From Alphaproteobacteria bacterium (GTDB lineage: Bacteria > Pseudomonadota > Alphaproteobacteria > Micavibrionales > SZUA-601), in contig CBDFFU010000006.1 of the NCBI GenBank assembly GCA_965246875.1, forward strand, positions 133,664-197,663: a stretch of DNA of 64,000 nt, read 5' to 3'. The notes beneath the pieces are model-generated. The model searched no databases. It worked only from the letters and a program-made list of their open reading frames with translations, and had not been told where the DNA came from. Position numbers and translations under genes: made by a program. Positions 51,097-59,320 of this stretch are shown here, piece by piece. Every line of letters starts with the position of its first letter. Position 1 is the stretch's first letter.

Positions 51097-51387
51097 TCAA
51101 TTGCAAAGGTCAAAGGCTTCACAGGCTTTTTGGCGGTATAACGTCAGGGTTTCGCCATGCAGCCGCAACCGGTGCCAGCGATAAGGGTGAGGGCGCAACC
51201 GCCAATTCCCGATGATGGACAAGACATTTAAAATGCGGTTGTGAAAATTAGCCTCCGCACGGCGGGCGAGAGTGTTGGTATAGGCTGCCATGTCCGCATA
51301 GCGCGACTGGGCAATAAATTCTGGCGGAATAAAGCCGTCATACTGGTTTTCAAGCGAGCGAAATGGCGTAACACCGGGAGGCAACAT
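51097..51387 (-). CDS. Hypothetical protein, 96 aa
   Basis: GGAG RBS 7 nt before ATG; co-oriented directly downstream of the HTH-S24 repressor. Confidence 0.6.
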   Translation of the reverse strand: MLPPGVTPFRSLENQYDGFIPPEFIAQSRYADMAAYTNTLARRAEANFHNRILNVLSIIGNWRLRPHPYRWHRLRLHGETLTLYRQKACEAFDLCN

Positions 51388-51432
51388 GTCTGATCTCCAT
51401 GTTTAAAATCCCCCCGGATTTTTTATTCAAAG

Positions 51433-52119
51433 TTATTGGCTGACCCACAGAATACGGGCGATCCAGGCCACATCCTTGCGCGGCAACGGGATATCATCGA
51501 AATGATCGTTCAGCGATTTCAGTGTGATTTGCGTCGGGCTGAGACGCGCCAGATGTTTGGCCATCACTTCGCCTTTTTTCGTGCGCACCACAACACGATC
51601 ACCACGGCGCAATTGCGTGGGGTTTGGTGAGACGATCAGGATATCGCCATCACGATACAACGGTTCCATCGAATCACCGGCGACTTCCAATGCGTAAATT
51701 GAGGGGTCATCCAGTTTGGGAAACTCGATGGTATCCCAGCCAGCGCCTGCCGGGTAACCGGCATCGTCGAAAAACCCAGCCTGGCCCGCTTGCGCGCAGC
51801 CGATAATCGGAATGTGGCGCAACGTGCGCGACCCGGTATCGCTTTGTTCACCGCGAATAAAACCAGCAATCGTGTCCAGCGACTCACCCGTAATGTCCAG
51901 AATTTTCGACAGCGATTCGGTCGATGGCCAACGGGGGCGGCCTTCCGGTGTCGCACGTTTGCTGGGGTTAAACGATGTCGGGTCAAGGCCCGCGCGGCGC
52001 GCCAATCCAGAGGCCGACAAACCGTGGCTTTCGGCCAGCAAATCAATCGCGCGCCAGATATCGTCATGATGCAAACCCTGTTGCGCAACCGTTTCATCTT
52101 TGTCTTTGCGTTTTGCCAC
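51433..52119 (-). CDS. HTH + peptidase S24 (LexA/CI-like) transcriptional repressor, RogA-like
   Basis: IWRAIDLLAESHGLSASGLARRAGLDPTSFNPSKR...RPRWPSTESLSKIL; S24 domain with VAGDSMEP (Ser) and VMAKHL (Lys). Confidence 0.88.
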   Translation of the reverse strand: MAKRKDKDETVAQQGLHHDDIWRAIDLLAESHGLSASGLARRAGLDPTSFNPSKRATPEGRPRWPSTESLSKILDITGESLDTIAGFIRGEQSDTGSRTLRHIPIIGCAQAGQAGFFDDAGYPAGAGWDTIEFPKLDDPSIYALEVAGDSMEPLYRDGDILIVSPNPTQLRRGDRVVVRTKKGEVMAKHLARLSPTQITLKSLNDHFDDIPLPRKDVAWIARILWVSQ

Positions 52120-52155
52120 GTTGTCTCTCCCATTGGCACATCGTCACAACTTAAA

Positions 52156-52238
52156 TAGGAATATAATCTTTTTTATGCTTGACGTAGGAATAAATTCATA
52201 GTAGAAAGGATTATCTTCATAATATAGGACGGCTGTCA
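52156..52238. promoter_or_regulatory. Four operator-like boxes over the divergent promoter region
   Basis: GGAA-TATA-ATCT (52158), GGAA-TAAA-TTCA (52187), GGAT-TATC-TTCA (52208), GGAC-GGCT-GTCA (52227); TTGACG -35 candidate at 52179. Confidence 0.55.
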
Positions 52239-52293
52239 GGAAATCAAGCGAAAATTTCATCACAGCCGCCTGCCAATCACGGGGGAATCGACC

Positions 52294-52734
52294 ATGCGGA
52301 TGACAAAAATCAAGGTGCCAATGGTAGCTGCACAACACGCGAACCAACTGGGTGAGCCACGCGAAGCGTGGGTGTGTTTTACCGGCGAAACGGAACTGTG
52401 GTGGCTGCATGCTCTGAAAAAGGGCTTTCGCCATTGTTTCGTCATCGCGCGCAACGCCGACCATTGGCTGGCCATAGACCCGCTCTCGCCACATTTGGAG
52501 ATTACCATCCTGCCGATTCCACAGGCGTTCGATTTGCCACGCTGGCTGGAAAAAAATGGGGTGACCCTGTCGCGGGCCGCAATTCGCCGGGACCAGCATA
52601 AATCGGCCCCGCTGTTTTTGTGTTCCTGCGTCGAGGTCATCAAACGCTTTCTCGGCATTCACAACCGCTCAATTGTCACGCCGCACCAACTGTATCAATT
52701 CCTGATCCAGCAAAACGCGTTGCTGCCCAGCTAA
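52294..52734 (+). CDS. Phage-module protein, putative permuted papain-like (His before Cys) peptidase
   Basis: GFRHCFV ... CSCVEVIKRFLG ... TPHQLY; GGGGGA RBS; first gene of the portal operon. Confidence 0.55.
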   Translation: MRMTKIKVPMVAAQHANQLGEPREAWVCFTGETELWWLHALKKGFRHCFVIARNADHWLAIDPLSPHLEITILPIPQAFDLPRWLEKNGVTLSRAAIRRDQHKSAPLFLCSCVEVIKRFLGIHNRSIVTPHQLYQFLIQQNALLPS

Positions 52735-52761
52735 TTTCACGCCACTTTTATGAGGTTCATC

Positions 52762-53064
52762 ATGGCCAAAATTGTCTCTGCCGTCCCAAAACTTTTAACT
52801 GCCACGCTTGGTGGCCTGGCCAGTAACCCGCCAAAACCGGTGGCAATGACGCCGGCTGTCGCCACGACCGTCACGCCTGCAACGGCGGAGATAAAGTCAA
52901 ACACTGATATTGCCGGACCGGATTTGTCTGATGATCTTGCCAAGGATCTGGGCGGCATTGACGCGCGCAGCAAAGGCCGCGTCGGCACGATCACCACATC
53001 GTTTCGTGGCGTGTTGAATGACACCCACAACGCGCTGCCACGCCGCACCTTGTTGGGAGAATAA
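52762..53064 (+). CDS. Small podoviral pre-portal virion protein (T7 gp7.3-like position)
   Basis: Low-complexity Ala/Thr/Pro N-terminus; C-terminal KGRVGTITTSFRGVL...RRTLLGE; directly before the portal. Confidence 0.6.
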   Translation: MAKIVSAVPKLLTATLGGLASNPPKPVAMTPAVATTVTPATAEIKSNTDIAGPDLSDDLAKDLGGIDARSKGRVGTITTSFRGVLNDTHNALPRRTLLGE

Positions 53065-53065
53065 A

Positions 53066-54535
53066 ATGGAACCATCACATGTCATGGATGCAACGCGTTT
53101 AAGTGCGTTGTATCACGATGCGAAAACGGCGCGTGAACCGTGGGACAGTCTGTGGCAGGATTGTTATGATTACGCCCTGCCGACGCGCACAACCCAAAAT
53201 GGTTTGCAACGCAGCTGGCGGCAGGCCTATCAGCATTTATACGATGCAACCGCCGCTGATGCGGTTGATCAATTAGCGGCATGTTTGTTGTCGCAACTGG
53301 TGCCGCCCTGGTCACCGTGGGTCGAAATCGCGGCGGGTCCGGCATTAACGGATGACGAAAAAACGCGTATCGCGCCAACGCTGCAAACTGTCAACCGCAT
53401 GCTGCACGATCAATTGCGGCACAGTAATTTTACCGTAGAATTGCATCAGGCGTTGCTTGATATGGTGACGATCGGCACGGCCTGCTTGTGGGTCGGACGC
53501 AATGTGCCGGGACAACTCAGCGCCTTGAATTTTCAAACCGTACCGCTTAATCAATTCTTTGTGCTGGGCCATGATTTGCAGCATTTGTTTATGCCGTTTC
53601 ATTGGACAGTCAGCAAAGTGCGGCAAACCTTTTCAGGTGTTAATGTGCCCGAGACACTGGCGGAAACAGATATGATCGAGGGTGTCTATGCCGTCATCCG
53701 CGAAGAACATGCCTGCCATCAGTGTGTCATCATGAATCCATCCGCCACACCGGAGATTATCTGGCAGGAGGTGTCAGAATTTTCACCGTTCATGCCATTC
53801 CGCTGGCAAAAAACTGCCGGGGAGATATATGGCCGCTCCCCGGTGATGAAAGCCTTGCCCGACATCAAAACGGCCAACAAAGTGGTTGAGCTGGTGTTAA
53901 AAAATGCATCAATTGCGGTCACCGGGATTTGGCAGGCGGATGATGACGGTGTGCTGAATCCCGCCAACATCAAATTGACGCCAGGCACGATTATTCCCAA
54001 AGCCGTTGGCTCGTCCGGTTTGACGCCACTGAAAATGCCTGGAAATTTTGATCTGTCGCAATTGGTGCTGAACGATTTGCGCCAGCGGATTAAACAGGCG
54101 TTACTGGCTGACCGCTTGGGTGCAACGCCGGGCAAACGCATGACGGCGACAGAAATTCTGGAGCGCAATGCCGATATGGTGCGTGCACTCAGCGCCGTTT
54201 ACAACCGGCTGCAAAGCGAATTGCTGGTGCCACTGGTCACACAGATTATATCGGTATTGAAACAGCGCGGCGATTGTCCGGACATCATGCTGGACGGTCA
54301 ATATTTCACGCTGAATTTTCTCTCGCCTTTGGGCCGCGCGCAACAACAGGATGATGTGCAAGCGACATTAAACTGGCTGATGACGGCACAGCAATTTGGT
54401 GCCGAGGCGTTATCCAACATCAATGTGCCACACATGGTGTCGTGGCTTGGCCAGCAACTGGGTGTGCCGGCGCATCTGCTGACGCCGCCTGTACCCGTTT
54501 CACTACCAGCGGAGATCATCCATGAAACAGCCTGA
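53066..54535 (+). CDS. Podovirus-type portal / head-tail connector protein
   Basis: HLYDATA..AVDQLA, ELHQALLDMVTIGTAC, RWQKTAGEIYGRSPVMKALPDIKTAN, MTATEILER, LQSELLVPL (T7 gp8-like connector motifs). Confidence 0.88.
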   Translation: MEPSHVMDATRLSALYHDAKTAREPWDSLWQDCYDYALPTRTTQNGLQRSWRQAYQHLYDATAADAVDQLAACLLSQLVPPWSPWVEIAAGPALTDDEKTRIAPTLQTVNRMLHDQLRHSNFTVELHQALLDMVTIGTACLWVGRNVPGQLSALNFQTVPLNQFFVLGHDLQHLFMPFHWTVSKVRQTFSGVNVPETLAETDMIEGVYAVIREEHACHQCVIMNPSATPEIIWQEVSEFSPFMPFRWQKTAGEIYGRSPVMKALPDIKTANKVVELVLKNASIAVTGIWQADDDGVLNPANIKLTPGTIIPKAVGSSGLTPLKMPGNFDLSQLVLNDLRQRIKQALLADRLGATPGKRMTATEILERNADMVRALSAVYNRLQSELLVPLVTQIISVLKQRGDCPDIMLDGQYFTLNFLSPLGRAQQQDDVQATLNWLMTAQQFGAEALSNINVPHMVSWLGQQLGVPAHLLTPPVPVSLPAEIIHETA

Positions 54536-54818
54536 GTCACACCAAATGGAACAACGATCAGCGTTGCGGAAATTCCTGTTCGGCAATCTGCCGCCGGACG
54601 ATATCAGTAAAGCCTATGCACGCTGTTTCAACGGCCGTGACGGGCAGACAGTGCTGGAGCATCTGCACCAGATCACGCTGTTCCGCATCACTGATCCGAC
54701 CATGGACCCGACGGCGTTACGCCAGCTGGAAGGCCAACGCCAATTGGTGTTGTTCATGTGCCAGCAAATCGCCAAGGCCAGCCATGGTGTGCCCACACCA
54801 GCAAAAGGACAGGCATGA
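54522..54818 (+). CDS. Bbp19-like phage protein
   Basis: YARCFNGRDGQTVLEHL...LRQLEGQRQLVLFM, typical of the small gene after BPP-1-like portals. Confidence 0.7.
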   Translation: MKQPESHQMEQRSALRKFLFGNLPPDDISKAYARCFNGRDGQTVLEHLHQITLFRITDPTMDPTALRQLEGQRQLVLFMCQQIAKASHGVPTPAKGQA

Positions 54819-54854
54819 CACATTTTTAATTCACAACCAACGGGGGATACGACC

Positions 54855-54959
54855 ATGACAGACAACCAGATACGCCGCACGGAAACGATGCTGCGCACCT
54901 TTCTTTCCCACATCTTCTTTCACAATGGAGACCTGATATGCAAGAAGACAATCTCTTGA
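54855..54959 (+). CDS. Possible 34-aa small ORF
   Basis: GGGGGA RBS; MTDNQIRRTETMLRTFLSHIFFHNGDLICKKTIS*; overlaps the scaffold start. Confidence 0.3.
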   Translation: MTDNQIRRTETMLRTFLSHIFFHNGDLICKKTIS

Positions 54960-55639
54960 TTGCCACACACGATGCAGCAGACGTTGCACCGAAAAACGCG
55001 TCTGCTAAATTGACTGTTCCTGAAAAATTCTGGGACAAGGAGAAACAGGAAGTCCGCATCGACGCCTTGTTAAAATCCTATCTTGAGCTGGAGAAGAAAT
55101 TCTCGGCGAATGAAAAGGCAAAACCGGCCGTGCCAGACACGCCGCGTGACTATAGCGTCAAACTGGAACATGATTTGTTTACAACCGACGACGAAATCAA
55201 CGATCGTTTGCATCAAGCCGGCTTTACCGATACGCAAGTGCAATTGGTCTATGATCTGGCTACCGAAAAAATGGTGCCGCTGATCATTGAGTTGGCGCGC
55301 GATTTTGAAGCCGACCGTGAGATCGAAAAACTGGTCAAGACATTCGGCGGCATGGATAAATGGCGCGCAGTGTCCAAACAGCTTTTGGCCTATGGCCAGA
55401 AACATCTGCCAGCCGATGTCGTCAACGGTTTGTCTGGCTCCTATGAAGGCGTCATGGCGTTATACCGCATGATGCAAAGCGGTGCTAATCCAAACATGCA
55501 GGATAATGTGACAATTGATGGTGCCGTCGACGAAAAAGGCCTGAAAAAGATGATGCAGGACCCGAAATACTGGCGCGACCGCGATGCCGAGATGGTGAAG
55601 AAGGTAACCGCCGGGTTCAAGCAAATTTTTAATAATTAG
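54938..55639 (+). CDS. Putative podoviral capsid scaffolding protein
   Basis: PEKFWD...DALLKSYLELEKK; acidic helical core; C-terminal MMQDPKYWRDRD...VKKV...F. Confidence 0.7.
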   Translation: MQEDNLLIATHDAADVAPKNASAKLTVPEKFWDKEKQEVRIDALLKSYLELEKKFSANEKAKPAVPDTPRDYSVKLEHDLFTTDDEINDRLHQAGFTDTQVQLVYDLATEKMVPLIIELARDFEADREIEKLVKTFGGMDKWRAVSKQLLAYGQKHLPADVVNGLSGSYEGVMALYRMMQSGANPNMQDNVTIDGAVDEKGLKKMMQDPKYWRDRDAEMVKKVTAGFKQIFNN

Positions 55640-55648
55640 GAAGCAGTC

Positions 55649-55692
55649 GTCATCCCAGATTTTACGACTAGCAAAATCTGGGATGACATTTT
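55649..55692. terminator. Strong bidirectional hairpin closing the phage module
   Basis: Perfect 15-bp stem GTCATCCCAGATTTT / AAAATCTGGGATGAC, 9-nt loop, followed by ATTTTT; between convergent genes. Confidence 0.75.
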
Positions 55693-55699
55693 TCGATTT

Positions 55700-57859
55700 T
55701 CAATTCAAATGCTCTTCATTATCCGGCGTCACTTCACCGCCGCTGTTGATGACGTTATTCAGCAAACTATCGAACGCTGATGGTTCTGTTGCAGGTGCGA
55801 CTTGGCCGTTATTTTCTGGTGTGACTTGCGGGTCGCGTGAGGGCGGTAAACCGTCACTCATGATGCCTTCGGGCGGTGTGCCATCAGGGGCTGCGCCATA
55901 GGTTGCACCGGAAAAATTATGATACGGCACACTGCGATGCGCAAATTCCATGATGTTGTGCCAAATTTGTGCCGGCAGCGTCCCGCCGGTGACTTTCTTC
56001 ATTGACACATTATCATCATTGCCAACCCACACACCGGTTGCGATATCGGGTGTATAACCAACAAACCACGCGTCACGATAATTTTGGGTTGTACCCGTTT
56101 TACCGGCGGCCGGGCGATCCAGTCTGGCTTTCATGCCTGTGCCATATTGCACAACACCTTGCAGCATCTGGTTCATCATCGCGACATACATCGGCTCGAC
56201 GAGAGGCGCTGGCGCATAGTCAGGACGTTTGAACAACATTTTGCCGTTGCCGCCGCGAATATCGCGAATGCCATACGGCTCAACGGCAAAGCCATTATTC
56301 CCGAATGTGGCATACGCCGCTGTCAACGACATCAAATGCACATCGGATGTCCCCAGTGCCAGACTGAGATCGCTGTTCAAGCTTTCAGTAATGCCCAAAC
56401 GTTGTGCTGTCCGTTTAACACGACCAACACCCACATCATGCAACAAGCGCACAGCGACTGTATTAATGGAATGGGCGAGGGCCGATTGCAATGACATGCC
56501 GCCGCTATATTTGCCGCTGTAATTGGTCGGGCTGTAGCCATTAATCGAAAATGGCGCATCTTCCACCCAGCTGTCAGGCCTGTATTCACCGGTTTCGAGG
56601 GCGGCCAGATAAACGAAGGGTTTGAACGCTGAACCCGGCTGGCGCAAGGCCTGGGTCGCGCGGTTAAATTGACTGTCGCCATAATCCGCACCGCCGACCA
56701 TCGCCAAAATCGCGCCGTCGATGCGTAACGATAATACCGCCCCTTGTGTGGCCGACACTTTCGCGCCATCTGTTTCCAAGGTTTTTTGCAGTTGTTGTGC
56801 CGCATAATGTTGTAACCCGCCATCCAGTGTCGTGCGGATAATTAAATTCTGTGAATTCTCGCCGATATAGCCTTCGGCTTGCGAAACGACCCAATCGGTG
56901 AAGTAATGAATGTCCTGTGTGCCGCCGACATTGTAATCTTTTTTCGGCAACGGTTTGACGATGGTGGCTTTCGCTTCCTTGTCCGTCAAAAATCCGGCAT
57001 CGTGCATGGCACCAATCACGATTTGTGCGCGTTTGGCCGCCAGAACCGGATCATTATCTGGCGAATAACGGGCAGGCGCCTTTAATAATCCGGCCAAGAG
57101 TGCGGCTTGTTGCAAAGTCAATTTGCGGGCTGTCGTATTGAAATAAATCCGCGACGCGGCGTCGACGCCATACGCTCCGGCACCGAAATACACCCGGTTT
57201 AAATAAGCGGCCAAAATTTCGTCTTTGGTGTATTTGTATTCTAAGTAGAATGCCAGCGCGGCCTCTTTCACTTTACGTGAGACGGTGCGTTCGGGCGACA
57301 AGAACAAATTTTTCGCCAATTGTTGTGTGATCGTCGAGCCGCCTTGCATGCCGCCGGATCCGGTCAAGTTACGCCATAGCGCGCGCGCCAAGCCAAACGG
57401 GTCGATGCCCCAATGTTTGTAAAACCGCCGGTCTTCAATCGCCTGTACCGCTTCAATCATATGGGGCGAAATTTGTTTGACGGTGAGAATATCGCCTTGC
57501 GTATCGCCAAGCCGTGCGACTTCACGATCGTCTTTATCGAGAATGATCACGGACGGACGACTGTCCATGTCCACCACCTGATTAATATCGGGCAGGCTGA
57601 TGAACAAATAGAGTGCCGCAATCAGCATCAGGGCGGCCAGCCAGAACGCGCTTAAAAATCCGTATTTGACCAGACGGCGCGGTTGGCCGTGATAAGTCCA
57701 CCACCGGTTCCAGCGTTTGCGCAATTCCTGTTTAAACGCCGCAAACGATGCACCGTGATCGTGTTTCGCGCGGGATGCCGCTGGACGATTGACGGTAATT
57801 GGTTTGCGCCGGCGGCGGGGCGGTTTGCTTTTCGGCGGACGGGGCGGAGCGTTTAACAT
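55700..57859 (-). CDS. Class A penicillin-binding protein (PBP1A family)
   Basis: IEDRRFY, GGSTITQQLAKN, RQPGSAFK, SIN, AGKTGTTQ. Confidence 0.93.
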   Translation of the reverse strand: MLNAPPRPPKSKPPRRRRKPITVNRPAASRAKHDHGASFAAFKQELRKRWNRWWTYHGQPRRLVKYGFLSAFWLAALMLIAALYLFISLPDINQVVDMDSRPSVIILDKDDREVARLGDTQGDILTVKQISPHMIEAVQAIEDRRFYKHWGIDPFGLARALWRNLTGSGGMQGGSTITQQLAKNLFLSPERTVSRKVKEAALAFYLEYKYTKDEILAAYLNRVYFGAGAYGVDAASRIYFNTTARKLTLQQAALLAGLLKAPARYSPDNDPVLAAKRAQIVIGAMHDAGFLTDKEAKATIVKPLPKKDYNVGGTQDIHYFTDWVVSQAEGYIGENSQNLIIRTTLDGGLQHYAAQQLQKTLETDGAKVSATQGAVLSLRIDGAILAMVGGADYGDSQFNRATQALRQPGSAFKPFVYLAALETGEYRPDSWVEDAPFSINGYSPTNYSGKYSGGMSLQSALAHSINTVAVRLLHDVGVGRVKRTAQRLGITESLNSDLSLALGTSDVHLMSLTAAYATFGNNGFAVEPYGIRDIRGGNGKMLFKRPDYAPAPLVEPMYVAMMNQMLQGVVQYGTGMKARLDRPAAGKTGTTQNYRDAWFVGYTPDIATGVWVGNDDNVSMKKVTGGTLPAQIWHNIMEFAHRSVPYHNFSGATYGAAPDGTPPEGIMSDGLPPSRDPQVTPENNGQVAPATEPSAFDSLLNNVINSGGEVTPDNEEHLN

Positions 57860-58048
57860 GGACAGGATCGAATAAATTCAACAGGATAAAATTGGGCGAA
57901 TGGGAATGAAACCACTATGACGGAACAGCGCTGGAAGAGCAACCGCACAGACCGTTACACTCTTGGCAAAACTGTCGCACTCGGCTTACAATCGCCAACA
58001 GATCAAAAACAAATTCCTCAAGAACAAAGTCCAAAGGCTCCTCCTGTC

Positions 58049-59269
58049 ATGTCACTTGTTGCAGAACGTATCAAACGGTTGAAACCGTCGGCCACTCTGG
58101 CTATTTCCGCCAAGGCCCGTCAACTTAAAGCTGAAGGTAAGCCCGTTATCTCGCTATCCGCCGGTGAGCCGGATTTCGATACACCAGACAACATTAAACA
58201 GGCAGCGATCACCGCCATTCAAAATGGTGACACGAAATACACCGACGTTGGCGGTACACCGGCCTTGAAAAAGGCCGTGATCGCGAAATTTCAGCGTGAA
58301 AACAACCTGACTTACACAGCCGAACAGATCATCATCGGCGTCGGTGCCAAGCATATTTTGTTTAATGCATTTCTGGCCAGTCTTAACGCGGGTGATGAAG
58401 TGATTATTCCGGCACCCTATTGGGTCTCTTATCCCGAAATGGTGTTGGTGGCCGATGGTACGCCCGTAATTGTCACCTGTGACGAGGCCAGCCATTTTAA
58501 ACTGACACCACAGCAATTGGACGCGGCCATTACACCAAAAACCAAATGGCTGATATTGAATTCACCCAGCAATCCAACAGGGGCCTTATACAGCGCGGCA
58601 GAGTTGAAAGCCTTGGCCGATGTATTAGCGAAACATCAGCATGTCTATGTGATGACCGATGACATGTATGAGCATTTGCGTTTTGACGGGCAGGGTTATG
58701 CGACCATCGCCGAGGTTGCACCGGAATTATTTGACCGCACCTTGACCATCAACGGTGTGTCGAAGTCGTATGCCATGACCGGCTGGCGCATCGGTTTTGC
58801 CGGCGGGCCTGTCGAGTTGATCAAAGCCATGACACTGATGCAAAGCCAAAGCACGACGAATGCGACATCAATTGCGCAGGCTGCCGCCGTTGAAGCTTTG
58901 AACGGCCCGCAAGACAAAGTCGAAGAGATGCGCCAGGCCTATGAACGCCGCCGCAACACCATGGCCGATGGCATCAATGCCTGTGAGGGCCTGACCGTCG
59001 CACGCCCGGCCGGTGCGTTCTATTTGTACGTCAATTGCAATGGCATTTTGGACAAAGCAACAGTGTCAGGTAAAATCCTGACCACCGAAGCCGATGTCTG
59101 CGCCTACCTGCTGGATGACTATCACTTGGCCGTTGTGCCCGGTGCAGCGTTTGGCTTATCACCTTACTTCCGCGTCTATTTCGCAATCAGCGATGACATG
59201 ATCACGGAGAGCTGCCAGCGTTTGCAGGACGCCTGTAACAGTCTCAAAAATGCGTCCGCTGCCGCGTAA
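58049..59269 (+). CDS. aspC: Aspartate aminotransferase (class I/II PLP enzyme)
   Basis: LSAGEPDFDTP, NSPSNPTGA, DDMYEH, NGVSKSYAMTGWRIG; start set at MSLVAERIKRL. Confidence 0.92.
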   Translation: MSLVAERIKRLKPSATLAISAKARQLKAEGKPVISLSAGEPDFDTPDNIKQAAITAIQNGDTKYTDVGGTPALKKAVIAKFQRENNLTYTAEQIIIGVGAKHILFNAFLASLNAGDEVIIPAPYWVSYPEMVLVADGTPVIVTCDEASHFKLTPQQLDAAITPKTKWLILNSPSNPTGALYSAAELKALADVLAKHQHVYVMTDDMYEHLRFDGQGYATIAEVAPELFDRTLTINGVSKSYAMTGWRIGFAGGPVELIKAMTLMQSQSTTNATSIAQAAAVEALNGPQDKVEEMRQAYERRRNTMADGINACEGLTVARPAGAFYLYVNCNGILDKATVSGKILTTEADVCAYLLDDYHLAVVPGAAFGLSPYFRVYFAISDDMITESCQRLQDACNSLKNASAAA

Positions 59270-59292
59270 TATTATTATTGCATAATATTTAA

Positions 59293-59320
59293 ATGTCCCT
59301 ATGATGAGGGACGTTTTTTT
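59293..59320 (+). terminator. Rho-independent terminator after aspC
   Basis: GTCCCT-ATGATG-AGGGAC followed by GTTTTTTT. Confidence 0.75.

Noticed and set aside
53066-54535. Canonical RcGTA-type (HK97/siphoviral) head-tail cluster
   Set aside because: Portal motifs and neighbours look T7/BPP-1-like; no HK97 protease, capsid or GTA tail genes are present.
52294-55639. Intact or inducible prophage
   Set aside because: No integrase, att repeats, replication, terminase, capsid, tail or recognisable holin/endolysin cassette in the window; flanks are core genes.
57917-58048. 44-residue N-terminal extension of aspC
   Set aside because: Family similarity begins at MSLVAERIKRL; the extension is most likely promoter/UTR.
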